64,000 nucleotides of DNA, taken from NCBI GenBank assembly GCA_038496445.1, contig JALMLS010000397.1, positions 62,001 through 126,000 of the forward strand, read 5' to 3'. Each line of letters opens with the position of its first letter. The first letter of the stretch is position 1. The stretch comes from Trichosphaerium sp. ATCC 40318 (Eukaryota; Protista; Tubulinea). Positions 1-13,255 of the stretch are shown here, one piece after another. The notes under the pieces were generated by a model. It saw nothing but the letters and a program-made list of their open reading frames with translations, was not told where the DNA came from and did not search any database. The position numbers were made by a program, and so were the translations under genes.

Positions 1-1087
1 GAATAACAATAGTTCAAGGCAACATTGCTAATACGGCTCAAATGGCTAAAAACGCTTGTAAAATACTAGATGTGGCGAAGAAACGCGACATACCTGTAAA
101 TTACAGCTACTACGACAATGTTTTTGATTTTTTTCTTACACCAAAGAGGTCTACGTTGGTGACTCTGTGCCTCTGGTACGTCCTAGTGGTTCAAGCGACC
201 ACTGTGTACATGGCAAAGACGGCATGGGTGACGCAGGCACGCCAGGTTAAAAACCAAGTAACTGATGGTTTCTAGGGATACCAGAGTCATCTATAAAGCC
301 TCAAGCCACATCAGCTGTTGATTTTATTGTTGACACTTGTGTCAATAAATACCCAAACAAAATTAGGCTGATTACAATTGGGTGCGATTTACGTTTTTTC
401 TGTTGGATCTTACTTTACTTGTAGACCTTTTACAAACATTGCCAAGGCCTGCCAGACTTTTCCTGATCTTCCAAAATATGTAAAGGGTGTCTACAGCATG
501 GCTGGAGCAGTTGGTTACCCTGGGAATCGCTCGCCTGCTGCTGAATGCAATGGTATTTTTTTTTTGACACATTCTTGTTTTTAACCACTACTGACTTATT
601 AGTCCTTCTCGATCCAGAGGCTGCCAAGATAGTATTCAATAGTGGTACGACATAAAACAAGCTTTTGAAATAATCACGTGACAAACACGTGTTAGAATGG
701 ACGATACATCTATCAGCACTAAATATTACGAATACAATTTTTTTACAAGATGAATTTTTTGAAGAACTGACAAGAGTCAACAAAGACGTTGGAGATTTTA
801 TGAAGAAAATAAGTAACCCTTATATACAGTTTTATGTAAAGGCGTATAACAAACATGAATGGGGTTGTCATGATCCAACAGCAGTGATGACACTTTTAGA
901 GCCAGATTTATTCACATCAAAAAAAATAACAGTTGATGTCGAAATAGAGGGTAAAGTAGCCCTTGGTGCAACTATTGGAGACTTTACAAACAGATGGGGA
1001 AGAAAAAAGAACGTTGAATTATATACTAGTGTTAACATTGAAGCATACAAGAAAGCAATGCTTCGGCGTTTTGCCAGAAAACAATAA
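1..1087 (+). CDS. Inosine/uridine-preferring nucleoside hydrolase (5'-partial, multi-exon)
   Basis: Spliced translation gives HGKDGMGD, ITIGPFTNIA, SMAGAVGYPGNRSPAAECN, DPEAAKIVF and GCHDPTAV, all IU-NH family motifs; TAA at 1085-1087. Confidence 0.92.
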
Positions 1088-1266
1088 AAATTTTCGAGTG
1101 GTATGAGTTGTAACCTTTTCTTTGGTTCTGTTTGCAAGTACTTAAACAAACGTAAACCTACTATCAGCCTAGCGAAAGAGTTACAATTGAAACAACATAT
1201 TTTAGTCACGTGCTAAGTCAGCAACGAAGAAATTTCTTTAAGTTTCCACTTTTGCTGAAAGCACAA

Positions 1267-2406
1267 ATGTCAGCGAATACGCAAGCAAAACTCACGCAAA
1301 GCGACGTGGATGATCTTACTTCGTCTCTAAACGCTGAATTTGGCAAATACGGCTATGAAACAAGGCCATTTCTCGTACGTAGTACAAATGACGTTTTTAG
1401 GCCCTAATACGCTATAGCTGTCGTGGTACAATGAGTTGGTGATTACTAAGCCACAAGGAGACAAATATGTTCTTAATCCTTCCAATGCGCTTGCATTTTG
1501 CGTTGCTAGTAACCACGCTATGTTTGACAACTTTAAAAAGTGGTACAGACAAAAAGTTAAAGTTGAAGGAGCAGACGTTCGCAAAACGTCCGCAATCGAT
1601 CTATGTACCAAGGACCACATGAACATGGTCGCATCTAGCGTATTGGCGAAACATAACAAGGACATTAAAATACTCTACGACTCTGATATTGGTCCCAATA
1701 GGCGCCCATTGGTGTGTTAAGTATTCAACATGCGTGTTAATGTCTATCTAAGGTTTTGGTCCAAACAGCCGGTCACGTATCAGGATTGGCGCGATATTAC
1801 CAACAGGATGATGTAAAGAATCCGCCAGAGATGTGGAAGACCAAGAAAGTCTATGGTTCATCAGTACACGCTAAATATGGAGGTAACAAAATAGAAAGTT
1901 ATTTCCATGCACCAGTTTTTTTACTTAGTTTATGTCAACAAAGGTTGGTTTGCATTTCGTGCTGTGATCATATTGCCTTCAGTAACAGCATCTATAAATA
2001 AAGTACCTCCACCAGATTGCCTTAAGACTGATGCTGAGAAGATCCAATTACTTCAAGGTACGTTAGATTGTGAACACTTTTTTCTTTATTATGAGCTGAC
2101 ATTAATTTAAAGAGTTTTCTTGGGATTGGAAAGGTGCTAAATGGCGTAGTATCGTACAGGGTATTGATATAAACATTATATAGTCACCTTTTAATAGTAC
2201 ATTTTAGTACCTAAAGAATTACAATACTCAGATGATCAACACAACTACTTTAGAACACCTCCAGGTAAGAAAAGTTGTTGGATTTTCTTTTGGTTGATTT
2301 AATGATAAAAACCCGGCAGGCTTTCATTCTCACATCGCTTGTAGGTGATAACCACAAAAAGCGAAATGAAATGTTGGAAAAGATTTTAGCGTCCGAGGAA
2401 AAGTGA
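1267..2406 (+). CDS. MMACHC: Cyanocobalamin reductase / CblC-like protein
   Basis: Spliced: RPFLLSWYNE, NRRPLVLVQTAGHVSGLARYYQ, HAKYGGWFAFRAVI, YSDDQHNYFRTPP, matching MMACHC motifs; GT-AG introns. Confidence 0.9.
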
Positions 2407-2801
2407 GCCAGCTACAAGAAAAAAATTCAAGAGTAAACAGAAATTTGTAGGCTATTAATAAGAAAAATTGATCTTTTGCGTCATACTGTGGCTTTAGCCA
2501 CTACTGGCTTTTTAAACTATGAAATCGTATTTCGTAGAATATTTGCCAAGCAGATTGCCTTTGGTTGGATACTCATTTGTTGTACATTACGTTTTGCTCC
2601 ACGTGGATAGTTCCTAGAATCTTTAAGCGATCGTCAAGAGAATAAGCCTTACTAATAGTTAGTCACAGCAACATGTCTCACAATGCACCGCCTCACATCT
2701 ACAATTTCTGTTAAGCTACTAGCAGTTCAGACAACAGTGCGCGTGCTGCATCACTTGATAAACAAGAAAAGGAAAAAGAACAACTATCAGTTCAAAACCA
2801 G

Positions 2802-3779
2802 ATGCCAGTCTTTGGTGAAGGTATGGGACTTCCCAAACAAAGTCTTTTATTTCGAAGATAAACACTTTACCACGAATTTGTTAATCAGTAAATACTCAAC
2901 TTCTGCCATTTACTGCTTTACTAAAAGGACTCTGTCCGATGAGTTTCGAAACGAAAGAAAACCCCTTGTCGCCTCTTTTTTTTGATTTTTTCTTTTCTTG
3001 TTTTCTTCTTTCTAACTGTCATTTTAGCGCTATTAAATTGTAATTATAACCCATTTGAACCTGTGTCCACATCCACTTCTGGTAGTGCTTTCGAAGCGTT
3101 TAAAGCAGTAGACTTCATTTGTGATGACTTTTATTCTAAAATTGACGATTTGTTGAACAACAAGTCAAGTCTAAAAGACTTGCCTCCAGAGCTTCATCGA
3201 ATGTTTATGGATTTAGACAAAAACGTGTATATTAAATGGCCACTACTCTGCAAATCATTTGCAATCGAGACAAGATTTGATTACATGTTAAACAAACATG
3301 GTGTCTTTTCAAGCTTTGATGATGAGTATGTCTACAATTACAAGCATGGTAAAAAGCACGGTGAATGTAGACAATACCATTACAATGGAACTTTGAAGAG
3401 TATAGTCAATTTCCATGAAGGGCAGCGCCATGGAGAGTTCAAGAAGTACTACTATCAAACAAGAGCAGATAACAAGAGAAAATTTCGAGATCTCTTGCTT
3501 TCATGCCGTACCTTCACCTATGGTGTTGAAAATTTATACCAGGAGTGGCATAAACATGGCGGTTTGAAGGTGAGTATTTCCTATCAGAAAGGAGTTCGCC
3601 ATGGAGAAGCAACAGAATGGAACAAAGAAGGTAAAATTATTTTGGAAGAAGAGTACGAGAATGGCAAGCTCATCTGCAGTTCACTGCAGAGAGTAACAAA
3701 CAGTAATATAAGCCAACCAGTAAGATCCAAACGCAAACCTACTAATCAGCACGTGATAGACGTTATGCATAACAATTAG
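2802..3779 (+). CDS. F-box-like + MORN-variant (YwqK-like) repeat protein, paralog A; start uncertain
   Basis: LKDLPPELHRMFMDLDKNVYIKWPLLCKSF followed by GKKHGECRQYHYNG / GVRHGEATEWNKEG repeats; putative first exon 2802-2820 spliced to 3028. Confidence 0.75.
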
Positions 3780-3868
3780 TAATCTTAGTTTTCGAACAAA
3801 CTACACAATTTAGCTAAATATGTTTTATTACCAATGGAAAATGTTATTCTTTTTTGATTTTTTGTTAT

Positions 3869-5660
3869 TCAGATTGTAGCGCCTTGACAACTAGACCCAG
3901 CACCTGCTGTACATCCGAAACAGTGAGATTTTGTAATGATAGGAATATTTATAATATCATTAGTTGAATTCAAGTCAAACACTGTGAGACTCTTCTTCGA
4001 ACCTAAAAAAAAAACTTAGCAAAATCTCTGTTGTGGAAAAAACTCCGCTCAAAAATCATTGACGTACCGTCTGACCTCTTTGTTATTGGTAGTTCAATCT
4101 GTTGATTAAAATCACAGTCGAAGATACCTCCATCATATTTTACGGATATATGACTACGACACATGAGACCAGTACATGCTTTTGGATTAAAATTATCTAT
4201 CAAAAGTTGAACATAGTATTCGAGTTTTCCTTCGGTTACTAGATGATCTGTATATCTGTTGATAGGCATATTTGCAATACAAAATAGACTGTTAAAAACT
4301 ATATTATAGTCTTTCTTTAGAATACGTTTGTAGTCAGATTGTAGCTTTTGTTGGCTTGGAGGAAGATGAATACCAGTAGGGTTATATCTAAAAAAAAATT
4401 AGTAATCGCTTTTCATAGTTCTTGAGCAACCATTCTCTTTGAAAGACGAACAACAGTACAAAACTCATCAATAGTTTTATAATTATATCGGAATATTAGG
4501 GTTTTAGGTAAAATCCTTCATGTGAGAATCACTGATTGTGACAAAGAGGCGAACAAGGTTAAATCATAAAAAAAAGTACTATGAGGGTTTTTTAAAAGAA
4601 AAAAGTGTCTTGTTGTTCACGTGAAATTACAGAAAAAACAAAGAATGCAATTGATATTAACGTACACTAAGTCCAGTGATAATTCAGGATCAGTTCCATA
4701 TCCCAATGTATTCAACATGCGAAGCGCTGTTATACTTCTTGTAAAAACTGCATCTCCTCTTTGAGAGTCGACATTTGACTCTTGGTAGCAAGGTAGACTA
4801 GCAACAATACGTACTTTATGATACGCTAAAAAGTCAGCGAGATCATGTTGATGAGGCTCAAGGAGTACAGTGAGGTTACAGCGATCAATGACCTAAAAAA
4901 TAAACAAAGTTAAGATGGTTATTTTCTTCATCATCACCACCGTCTCGTACCTCTTTTCCTAGCTTCTTACTTTCCTCTACTATGTATCTAAACTGTTGAT
5001 TTAACTCTGGAGCTCCTCCTGTGAGATCTACAGTCTTAATAGAAGGAGAGTTCTTAATGATTTTTAAGCATTGATCAGCAACATCTCTATGCATCATTTC
5101 CTTTCTTCTTGGTGATGAATCCACGTGACAATGAGAACATGCTTGGTTACAATAAAGGCCAATATTCATTTGAAATACAGTTGTAGGTACACGATCTAAT
5201 TTTATATTATTCTTGGAGAGCACACCGGCGAATTTTTCTAATCCCAAGTTTTCAACCATTTCTCTTTTTTCAATTTTTTCTTCAGGTGTCAAGTTATGTA
5301 GTCCACGTTTTTTCATTCCTTTTAGCGTTGTTGGTATCAACGACCTTCCCATTACGTCTTCAATGTCTGGTAATTCTGATTTGAGCTGTTTTATAAACTT
5401 TTCACTTTCTGGTTGAATACGACTGCTTTTCTTTGTCTTTTGGGAGGTTTTAGGAGTTGCAGACGCGCCCTTGGTTGTTAATTGCTTTGTTGAGTTAGAT
5501 CTTCTACAGAATACAAGCAGCGTTATTACAGCTACCACCGCTGAAATTGCTACGCTATAGACTACTAGCAGGTCTTCATCTCCAAAAAATGTTGCTACAT
5601 AATATTATTTGACATTTGTACGTACATACCACGCACGCTATCGTGGTAACGTTGTGACAT
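3869..5660 (-). CDS. ArsS-type radical SAM / Cys-rich domain protein with N-terminal hydrophobic anchor
   Basis: CNQACSHCH (CxxxCxxC), TVDLTGGAPELN, GLMCRSHISV, FDCDFNQQ and C-terminal HCFGCTAGAGSSCQGA; ATG at 5660, stop at 3869. Confidence 0.9.
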
Positions 5661-5848
5661 GTTTTAGCTGAGAAAGGATATTTACCTAGAGAGTTCATCG
5701 CTTGTAATGTGAACCTAATCAAGCTACCAAACGCTCTCAATTATGCAAGGTGTCAACACTACAAGACAGCTTATTTCGACCGACTTAATTGCAAAACTGT
5801 CCTCAATTTGCTTCAAACACCACGGTCTATCGACTGACGCGTAGATAA

Positions 5849-7652
5849 ATGGAACGTCACTTGATTTACGTTTCTAATATACCAAAAGAAGTGATACGAT
5901 CGGATATCGTTACTTTGTTTGGGTTCTGCGGTCGTTTGAAGGGCTGCGTTGTGGGCCCGTACGCAATTACGACACTTTATTAAAATTAACGTCTTGCAGG
6001 TCTGAATTTGATGATAACTTACAGGAGGCGCTCGTTGAGTTTGTAGATGCTTCTTCTGTACCTACAGCATTAACATTGAGTGGAACTAGGTTGCAAGACT
6101 CTGAAATAGAAGGTTGAGCATCAAAATGAGTCACTGAAGCTTGCCTAACGCTATGCTTAGTCACTACATACAAACCAGGACAAGAAAAGCCGACTATCCG
6201 CACTAGCAGCTCTGATATTAAAGTGGAACCTACCCCAGAGGACCAAGAATCCACAGGATCATCTCCACAAGGTAAAAGCGCAAATTACCTTTTTGTAAAC
6301 AAAGTACTTACACTGCTCTTTTAAAAGCCACATCGCCACCAGAATATGTACTACTCACTGATCCTAGGAAAGAAAACAAAAATGAACAAGTACGTTATTC
6401 ACATTTTTGTTCTTTTTATTATCCGTTAACGGTTACCTTTAATAATAACACCATCTTGTTTGTAGGGAAATAAGATAGCTGTATATGTAAGTAACATAGC
6501 ACCAAGTGCTACTGAAGCTGATTTACGACAATTCTTCCAATTTTGTGGTAGAGTCGTTAATATAACACTCAATCCGTGCGTCTCATTTTGTTGGTTTGGT
6601 TTGTGTTGTTTTGTTTTTTTTTCTTGTTTTTTCGAAAAGTTTGTTGATTACTATCGATTAGGTCACCTTCAGGGACAAAGTTTGCTATCATAGAATTCGC
6701 TGAAAGAAAAGTAATAGATACTGCAGTTTTATTAAACGGTGCAATTATCAGAGGTATCATTTTAAAAAGAAAGAAAATATCAAGAAAATAAAAATTATGA
6801 CATTTCTGGCTGAAGTGTCACATGAGTTTTTGATTATTCCTTTTTTTTGTTTTGTTGTCAATATTTAGTTGTTAATAGCACACTATAATATTTTTATTAT
6901 AGGCACAGCAGTACAAGTAGTACCATACCATGATGTAGATGAGACCGACACAGAAAAGAGACCAAAAAAATTAGTAAGTATTTTATGCTTTGCAATAAGT
7001 TGTTTTAACTTTTATTTTTTATTATAGTTGCCACGTTACTATTCCTCATCAAAAACAATACATATTGCTGATGTCGATCCTACAATATCAAATGAAGAGT
7101 TTATTTCATATTTTGAGTTTTGTGGACCTATTTCACGCTACGCCATTGACAGGTAACTTTTTTTTTTTGAAAAGAATGTTGTAGATGTCCGTTTTATTTT
7201 TCTTCATGAGGTTTTACTTGGTTAATTTTTTTTATTAAGAAATGCTGGTTTTGCAATGCTTGAGTATGAGGAAGAGCAAGCTACACATATTACACATCAT
7301 CTAGATAAAGGCTTTCTTGGGAATAAAGCAATAAATATAACACAAATGAGTTCATTTAATGGTGATGCAGATGTCATTAGAAACTTGGAACATACTTTTG
7401 CAAAACCAGTTCGAGTTCCAGAACCTGATGTACAACAAACTACATACGTTGAATCATCATCGTACGAAACACCAAGCCCTCTAGAGAACATGCCACAAAG
7501 ATCAGTACGCAAAAGATTCTTGTTTTTGCTATCAATAGCATCATTTAATACCAAAATTTTGAAAAACTTATCGCTCTTAGGCACCACAAGTACCTCCTCA
7601 AGGTGGCGGAGGAGCACCACCGCCTTTGCCTAGGCGGGACTACAACACGTAA
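5849..7652 (+). CDS. RNA-binding protein with three RRM domains and a Pro-rich tail
   Basis: IYVSNIP..LFGFCG, VYVSNIAP..FFQFCG and IYIADVDP..YFEFCG, with RNP1-like ALVEF/AIIEF/AMLEY across GT-AG-linked exons. Confidence 0.82.
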
Positions 7653-8101
7653 CTACAGTAAAATGCGAAACACGGGCAAGCAAGAATTGTAAAATGAAAA
7701 GATGAAAAAAATAGGAAAAAAAATTGGTAAATAAAAAAAAAAAGGATAAAGAGTCATCATCTATCTGTACACGTGACATGGACAATTTTAACTGAAAACA
7801 TCTTTCTTGGTTTTAAAACCACTCAAACTTTTTTTTTATCAGCTGTTTGCAATAGACGCCACTATAATTCCTCTCGTTTTACCATTTCCATCTTTTACAT
7901 TATTGGTAAGATCACTTCACTGCTGTAAAACCGTTTTAAGTTTTATAGCGAAAAACTGGTCTTAGGAAAATCCGATAATCGATTATGGCTGAGGAACTTT
8001 GACTTGTCAAATACCTTCACAAGAAAAAAAGCAAAAGAAAAAAAAAAGATGATTTTCTCTACAGTTCTTGCAAGTATTAAATCGGCACTGAAACAAACAG
8101 C

Positions 8102-8874
8102 ATGTTTGCGAGGCGTAAAGTACACGTGAGTTGGTATGTGCGCATTAACAATAGTTTAACGCGAAATAGAGGACACACGACCAAAAACGAGAGAAAACCA
8201 GTCTTTTCCAGCTCCCAGTGGAGCTACAACTTGATATTATGGACTTGGATTGTAGCAGCTACATTAAATGGCCATTACTATCCAAACAAGGCGCATTATG
8301 CTCAAGGTTTGATAGCGACTTACAAAAACACGGCAAATGGATGAGATACGACCGTCGTGGTAGGAAAATGGATGAAAGGTTTTATTCTGGAGGACTCAAA
8401 CAAGGAGTTCTTAGCTCTTGGCATAAAGGAGGTTCTCAGAAAAAGAAATGTCATTATGTCAATGATGTACTTGATGGTGAGTACAAGGAATGGACAAGTG
8501 CAGGGCTCTTAAAGGAGCATCGATTTTACAAAGATGGTAAGAAACATGGAGATTGCATAAGGTTCTTAAATGGTAAGCGTTTAGACCTCCGTTCTTATGT
8601 TAATGGTAAGATACATGGGGTTGAGGAGTATCATTACAATGGTAAATTGAAGTACAAGTACGGAAATGGTATGCATAGTGGAGAGTGGAAGTATTGGTAT
8701 AGAAATGGACAAGTATCACGTGAGTGCTGCTATGTTGATGGGTTAAAGACAAAGAAAGAATACTATTACAATGGCAAACCTAAATACGAGTTGGCACAAA
8801 CAGGGGAAGATGGTAAGCATGAGGAAAGATCTTGGCTTGAGAGTGGTCAAATAAAGAGCCAGCGTTTTTTGTAA
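8102..8874 (+). CDS. F-box-like + MORN-variant repeat protein, paralog B (possible 3' frameshift)
   Basis: SLFQLPVELQLDIMDLDCSSYIKWPLLSK, then repeated G-K-x-H-G..Y..NG units; short first exon MFARRK with intron 8120-8169. Confidence 0.78.
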
Positions 8875-9114
8875 CAAAGAAGGAGATGAAAAACTACTTC
8901 AAAGAATATGTAATCTTGATAGTACTAATTAACTCAACGCTCAATAAACTAGTGTCTGCTTTCAATTCAATTCAAGCTGTCTTTAAGTTGTCAAACATCA
9001 AAGCTAGCACAAACTGTCTTAGAACCCATAACAAAGTTACATTACCATACTAGTATCAGAGTACTGCAAATGATTTGTGTTCCACTACAGCAAAGCAATT
9101 TATACCGAATCAAT

Positions 9115-12100
9115 CTAGCTTTTAAGATTTTTCATGGTCTTGTCTATCGACTGCTATTATTGTGAATGTATCCAGAGACTTTTGTAAACATTGCTATCTA
9201 AACATACCGACTGGATTCAATAGACACCATTTCTATGAACTTATTTTTGACCACACATTCTAACAATCACTTGAAAGTATTATCACTAGCCCAAGTACTT
9301 TTATTTGTACAAATCAAGGTACAGGACTTCAAGTCATAGAAATTATTCTTCAATTATGGTTTTTCGTTTTCTTGCTGTTCTTTACTTTGTCTCTCAAATA
9401 TAGCCAATTTGCCAGCACTAGTACGAATAGAAAAGGTTAGGTATGAAATTTGTTTGAAGAAAAAAAACCAAAGAGGAAGACTTTGAGTCTTGTTATGTAC
9501 CTATCTGTTACCCCTATTATTCCATTCTTCGTTTTTAAAAACTCTCCAGATGTTTTATACGTTTCAGAGCGTTCCGTGGCCTGCATATTCATGCTGCTAT
9601 GACCCCTGTTCGAAAAGTTTAATAAAAAGTAGGGTAGAAAGGGTTTTTTTTGTTGTTACCAGCATTGTACTGTAAGGTTCTCTCTGTTTGTACTCCAAAG
9701 TGAAAACTCTGGTATACCAAATACTGCGAAATTATTTGTATTTGGGTCCATCTTTATCTCACCTATTTGTCCCATGTGTGGATCTTTAAATGTCGCCATG
9801 CTACAAGAAATATAAGCAATTAAAACATTTCATCAAAAACAACTATCACGTGCATTTTATGAGGCATACGGGAATCGAATATACTTATAGTACCATCTCC
9901 GTAACCAAGAAGAATTTTCTTGCCGTCAATGTAATCATGTGTATACAGTTGCTTTAAGAACAACATCAACAACAAAAAACATATTTTCTGTTTTTTTAAA
10001 AAACAACTTCATCGTTGACGTACTTGTTTGTTTGTATCGAAAACAACTGGTGCAGGCCTGTAAATTACTTCAGTAAAACCATCTGTAAGGTATACTTGTA
10101 CCTTCGCATATCTGTTCTTATGTCAAAGATGTGAAGAACTCCGACATCTGTTGTACAACTTGAATAACTTGTTTCTAAAAATAACATTATGTCATTGTGT
10201 ACTGAACACAAAAACTGATAAAATCTATTGAAAGCGTACCACTAGGATGCCATCTTACGCTTCCAACAACATCCCTGCAAGGATATAGACTATTTTCGGA
10301 TTTTTTTTCATTTTTTTGTATGTCCGAGACAAGTCTATCAATATCTGTTACAAAAACCTTGCCGTCAAAACCTATCATTGTCATTACTAAGAAATAGTTT
10401 TTTGACATACCTCCGCTTATTATTAGATTGTTTTTATTAGGACAAACAGCTATTTCTCGGATTGTATCACTATGGAATTCAGGAAAGTTTACTAGACGCC
10501 AAGTGTTAGCTTCTTTTTTTTTGAAGGATATAACATACCTAATTCGTCGATGTTGTGATGCTGATCTACACATAGACGAACCAAACCAAGTCGGTTAGCT
10601 TGTGCAAATATTATACGTTGTGCATTAATCCAATGAAGATCTCTCACATGCTAGTAACAATGAGAAAATGTCAAAGCGATTTTTTGGTAGTTTTTGATTG
10701 TTTCGATTAAAAAATTCATAATAAATAAATCGTACGTTCTCTATCTTGTATGACCATAATGCGGGACCTTCACTTGTAGAACGAACTTGGAAATTAGATT
10801 CAAGTTGTACAAAGATAAGCTTGTTTTGATCTTTTTTTTTTGGATCTTGCTCTTCTGTCCCGCAAACAAGAAGCTGATACGGTTTACCTTTAGAATCAGG
10901 ACAAAAACTAGGTTTAGATAGAGCTGGAATCATTCCTAAAGACATTTAGTCACGTGAGTAGTAAGAAAGCAAAAAAAATATCGTTCAGAGGTACTTACCT
11001 TTAGAACCTCCTGTAGCTCTTTGAGACAAATCGTAAAACTAAAAGATGTCAGCGATATTTACGAGTTAAAATCCTAGTTTCTTTGTGAAAGCAAAAGAAA
11101 GCAAGGAGAAAAATAAAATGGAATTCATTGAGTGGTGTCGTACCATGAGTTGTTTTAGTGTATCACGTTCTTCTTTAGCAACATTCCACGATTCACGGGC
11201 ATCACTAGTAGGTTGCTTAAAGAATCCTGGGTCTGGATGTACACGTGTCGGCATTTGTCTTTTAGGAGGTGGTTGTTGAGGTTGACTCATGGCGTTAACT
11301 ATTAACAAGAGGTTACTTTTTGTTTGTTTAAGGAAAAGAAAAAGCTACTGAAGAAAGTTAAAAACATTGGTGCCTGCGATACGCTTGTATGTACCAAGTT
11401 CATATATGTTTAAATCAGATAGTATTATAACGTACCAGGTGGTTTTTGTTCAGCATAATTCTTACTACGGTCATACATTTGTTGCGTATTGAGCCATTGT
11501 TCAGGCATATGAGCAGGGTGCATTCCTTGCGCTTGATGAGTGTCCATATGCATAGGTGCGTAATTTTGGTGCTCTTTTGGCATCATTACGTGTTGTGGAG
11601 GCATAGGGTATCTATAAACGTAAGTAGTGAACAATTGTCATGGATATAATTCAGTAATTCAAACTTTTAAACAAAAAACTGTTGAAAAAACAAAAAAAAA
11701 AACAAAAAAGAACAAAAAAAAACCGCTTTAAAACACGTGATAAATAACAACCCACATGTTTTTTAAACTATGAGTACGTGAAGTATCCAAAAAAAAATAA
11801 AACAGAAAAAGAATAAAAACAGTTAAACGTACCGCTGTTGTGGGTTACCATGAAGCGAATGCATCATGTGTTGTTGCTGATACTCATATTCTTCTGGAGT
11901 TATACCAAAACGTTGTTGTTCGTTATGGTAATCATGCTCTGTCTTATATGTATTATTGTTTTGATGCTGCGGTTTTTCTCCAACTTGGTGAGGGTTTGAT
12001 CCTGTATCATGAGGGTTTACTACCCTACGGTACTGCGCGCCTTCGTTGTGTTGATCGTTCATTGTATGAGCATAAAAGTGGTTAAGTTGATGGCTGTTTT

Positions 12101-12158
12101 GAAAATCGCCGGCGAAGGTATTTGGAAGCGTAAGGCTGTCTCTTGAGTTTGGAAGCAT
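9115..12158 (-). CDS. WD40-repeat protein with Q/H/P-rich N-terminus
   Basis: FPEFHSDTIREIAV, ISGGFDGKVFVTD, VVGSVRWHPS and GVLHIFDIR WD-like repeats; many GT-AG introns and one GC-AG intron. Confidence 0.8.
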
Positions 12159-12784
12159 CTGTTGAGGGCCGTATGAAGTGTGCTTGCGCTTTCTAGAGTT
12201 GGTATGGCACTTTTAGTATAAACACTTTCAAAACAGCTCTATGAATACTCTATGGCTACTCAGTACAAGACGTCAATAGAAAGTGTCAAAACTGGCGAAA
12301 CGCGATAAAATGAGACCAAACAAAAAAGCTGTACGCGATAATAACACGTAAAAGAAATAGCTTTATACCAAGAATCAATACCTAAACCGATACTAACAAC
12401 GACCAAGACATCTCAAGGGCGCTAACTGATAGCAATTATCAGCACTAATTTGTGTAAAGATGCTCTGCAATGCCAGAAAACGGAAAGGCTTTAAATACGA
12501 AATGAAGCCTTACAAAGAACAAAATTAACTAAATCAAGATTGTCACCCAGTGGGCGTCTGACAGCAATCGGGCAATTCACAAACCAAAAGAAAAGCAATT
12601 CGATTAAAATGTCTTTGTTCAAACTCAAGAGCAGTGTACCGTTTGCTAACAGTTATAACGTATACGCCATTACTATCACTGTATGGATTGCTTTGTCTCG
12701 GGCTTTTTGCTGAACCGTAAAAAAGGTAAAAAAATCGTTGCGTTGACTTGTGATTCTGTTAAACATTCTGTGGGAATAATAACA

Positions 12785-13024
12785 ATGAGCACACACCGTG
12801 GTAGAATCGCTAGGTGTACTCCGGGACGCTTTAACTTGTATTACGCAGCTTCTCAACGCAGTTTTGCTAGTTATGCGGCAGTAGCACCAAGAACACTTGC
12901 AACTAAGTCAAAAGATAGCTCTAAGAACTTCAAAGGAACAATTCCGTTACTGGGGAGTGTTACTTTCTTTCTACTTGGCAAGAACTACTACTATTACCAT
13001 ACACTGATTAAAAAACGGGCATAA
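12785..13024 (+). CDS. Possible small basic protein with a C-terminal hydrophobic segment
   Basis: R/S/A-rich ORF resembling a targeting presequence plus IPLLGSVTFFLLG; no homology recognised. Confidence 0.3.
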   Translation: MSTHRGRIARCTPGRFNLYYAASQRSFASYAAVAPRTLATKSKDSSKNFKGTIPLLGSVTFFLLGKNYYYYHTLIKKRA

Positions 13025-13255
13025 GACGCTTAACGGTCCATAAACTCACTGAAATGTACAACTGTATTTCTATCGCTTTGTAACAATGTAAAATACATAC
13101 TAAACAATACACATTAACTCCAACGTATTTTACAAATGTAATAGCTTATTCACGTGTAAACCATCAGCAACGAAGAAAATTGACTCTTTTCTTTCGTTGT
13201 TTTCACTTTTTTATGCTTGTGAGTCACCTTTAAGATTTAAAGAGTACAGGCTACC

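Noticed and set aside
3869-3895. Selenocysteine in the ArsS-like C-terminus
   Set aside because: The relevant codon is TGT (Cys); the TGA lies after the conserved end GATI and behaves as a stop
2982-8874. Bacterial toxin-antitoxin (YwqK) system
   Set aside because: The similarity reflects generic MORN-variant repeats; no toxin partner and a eukaryotic context
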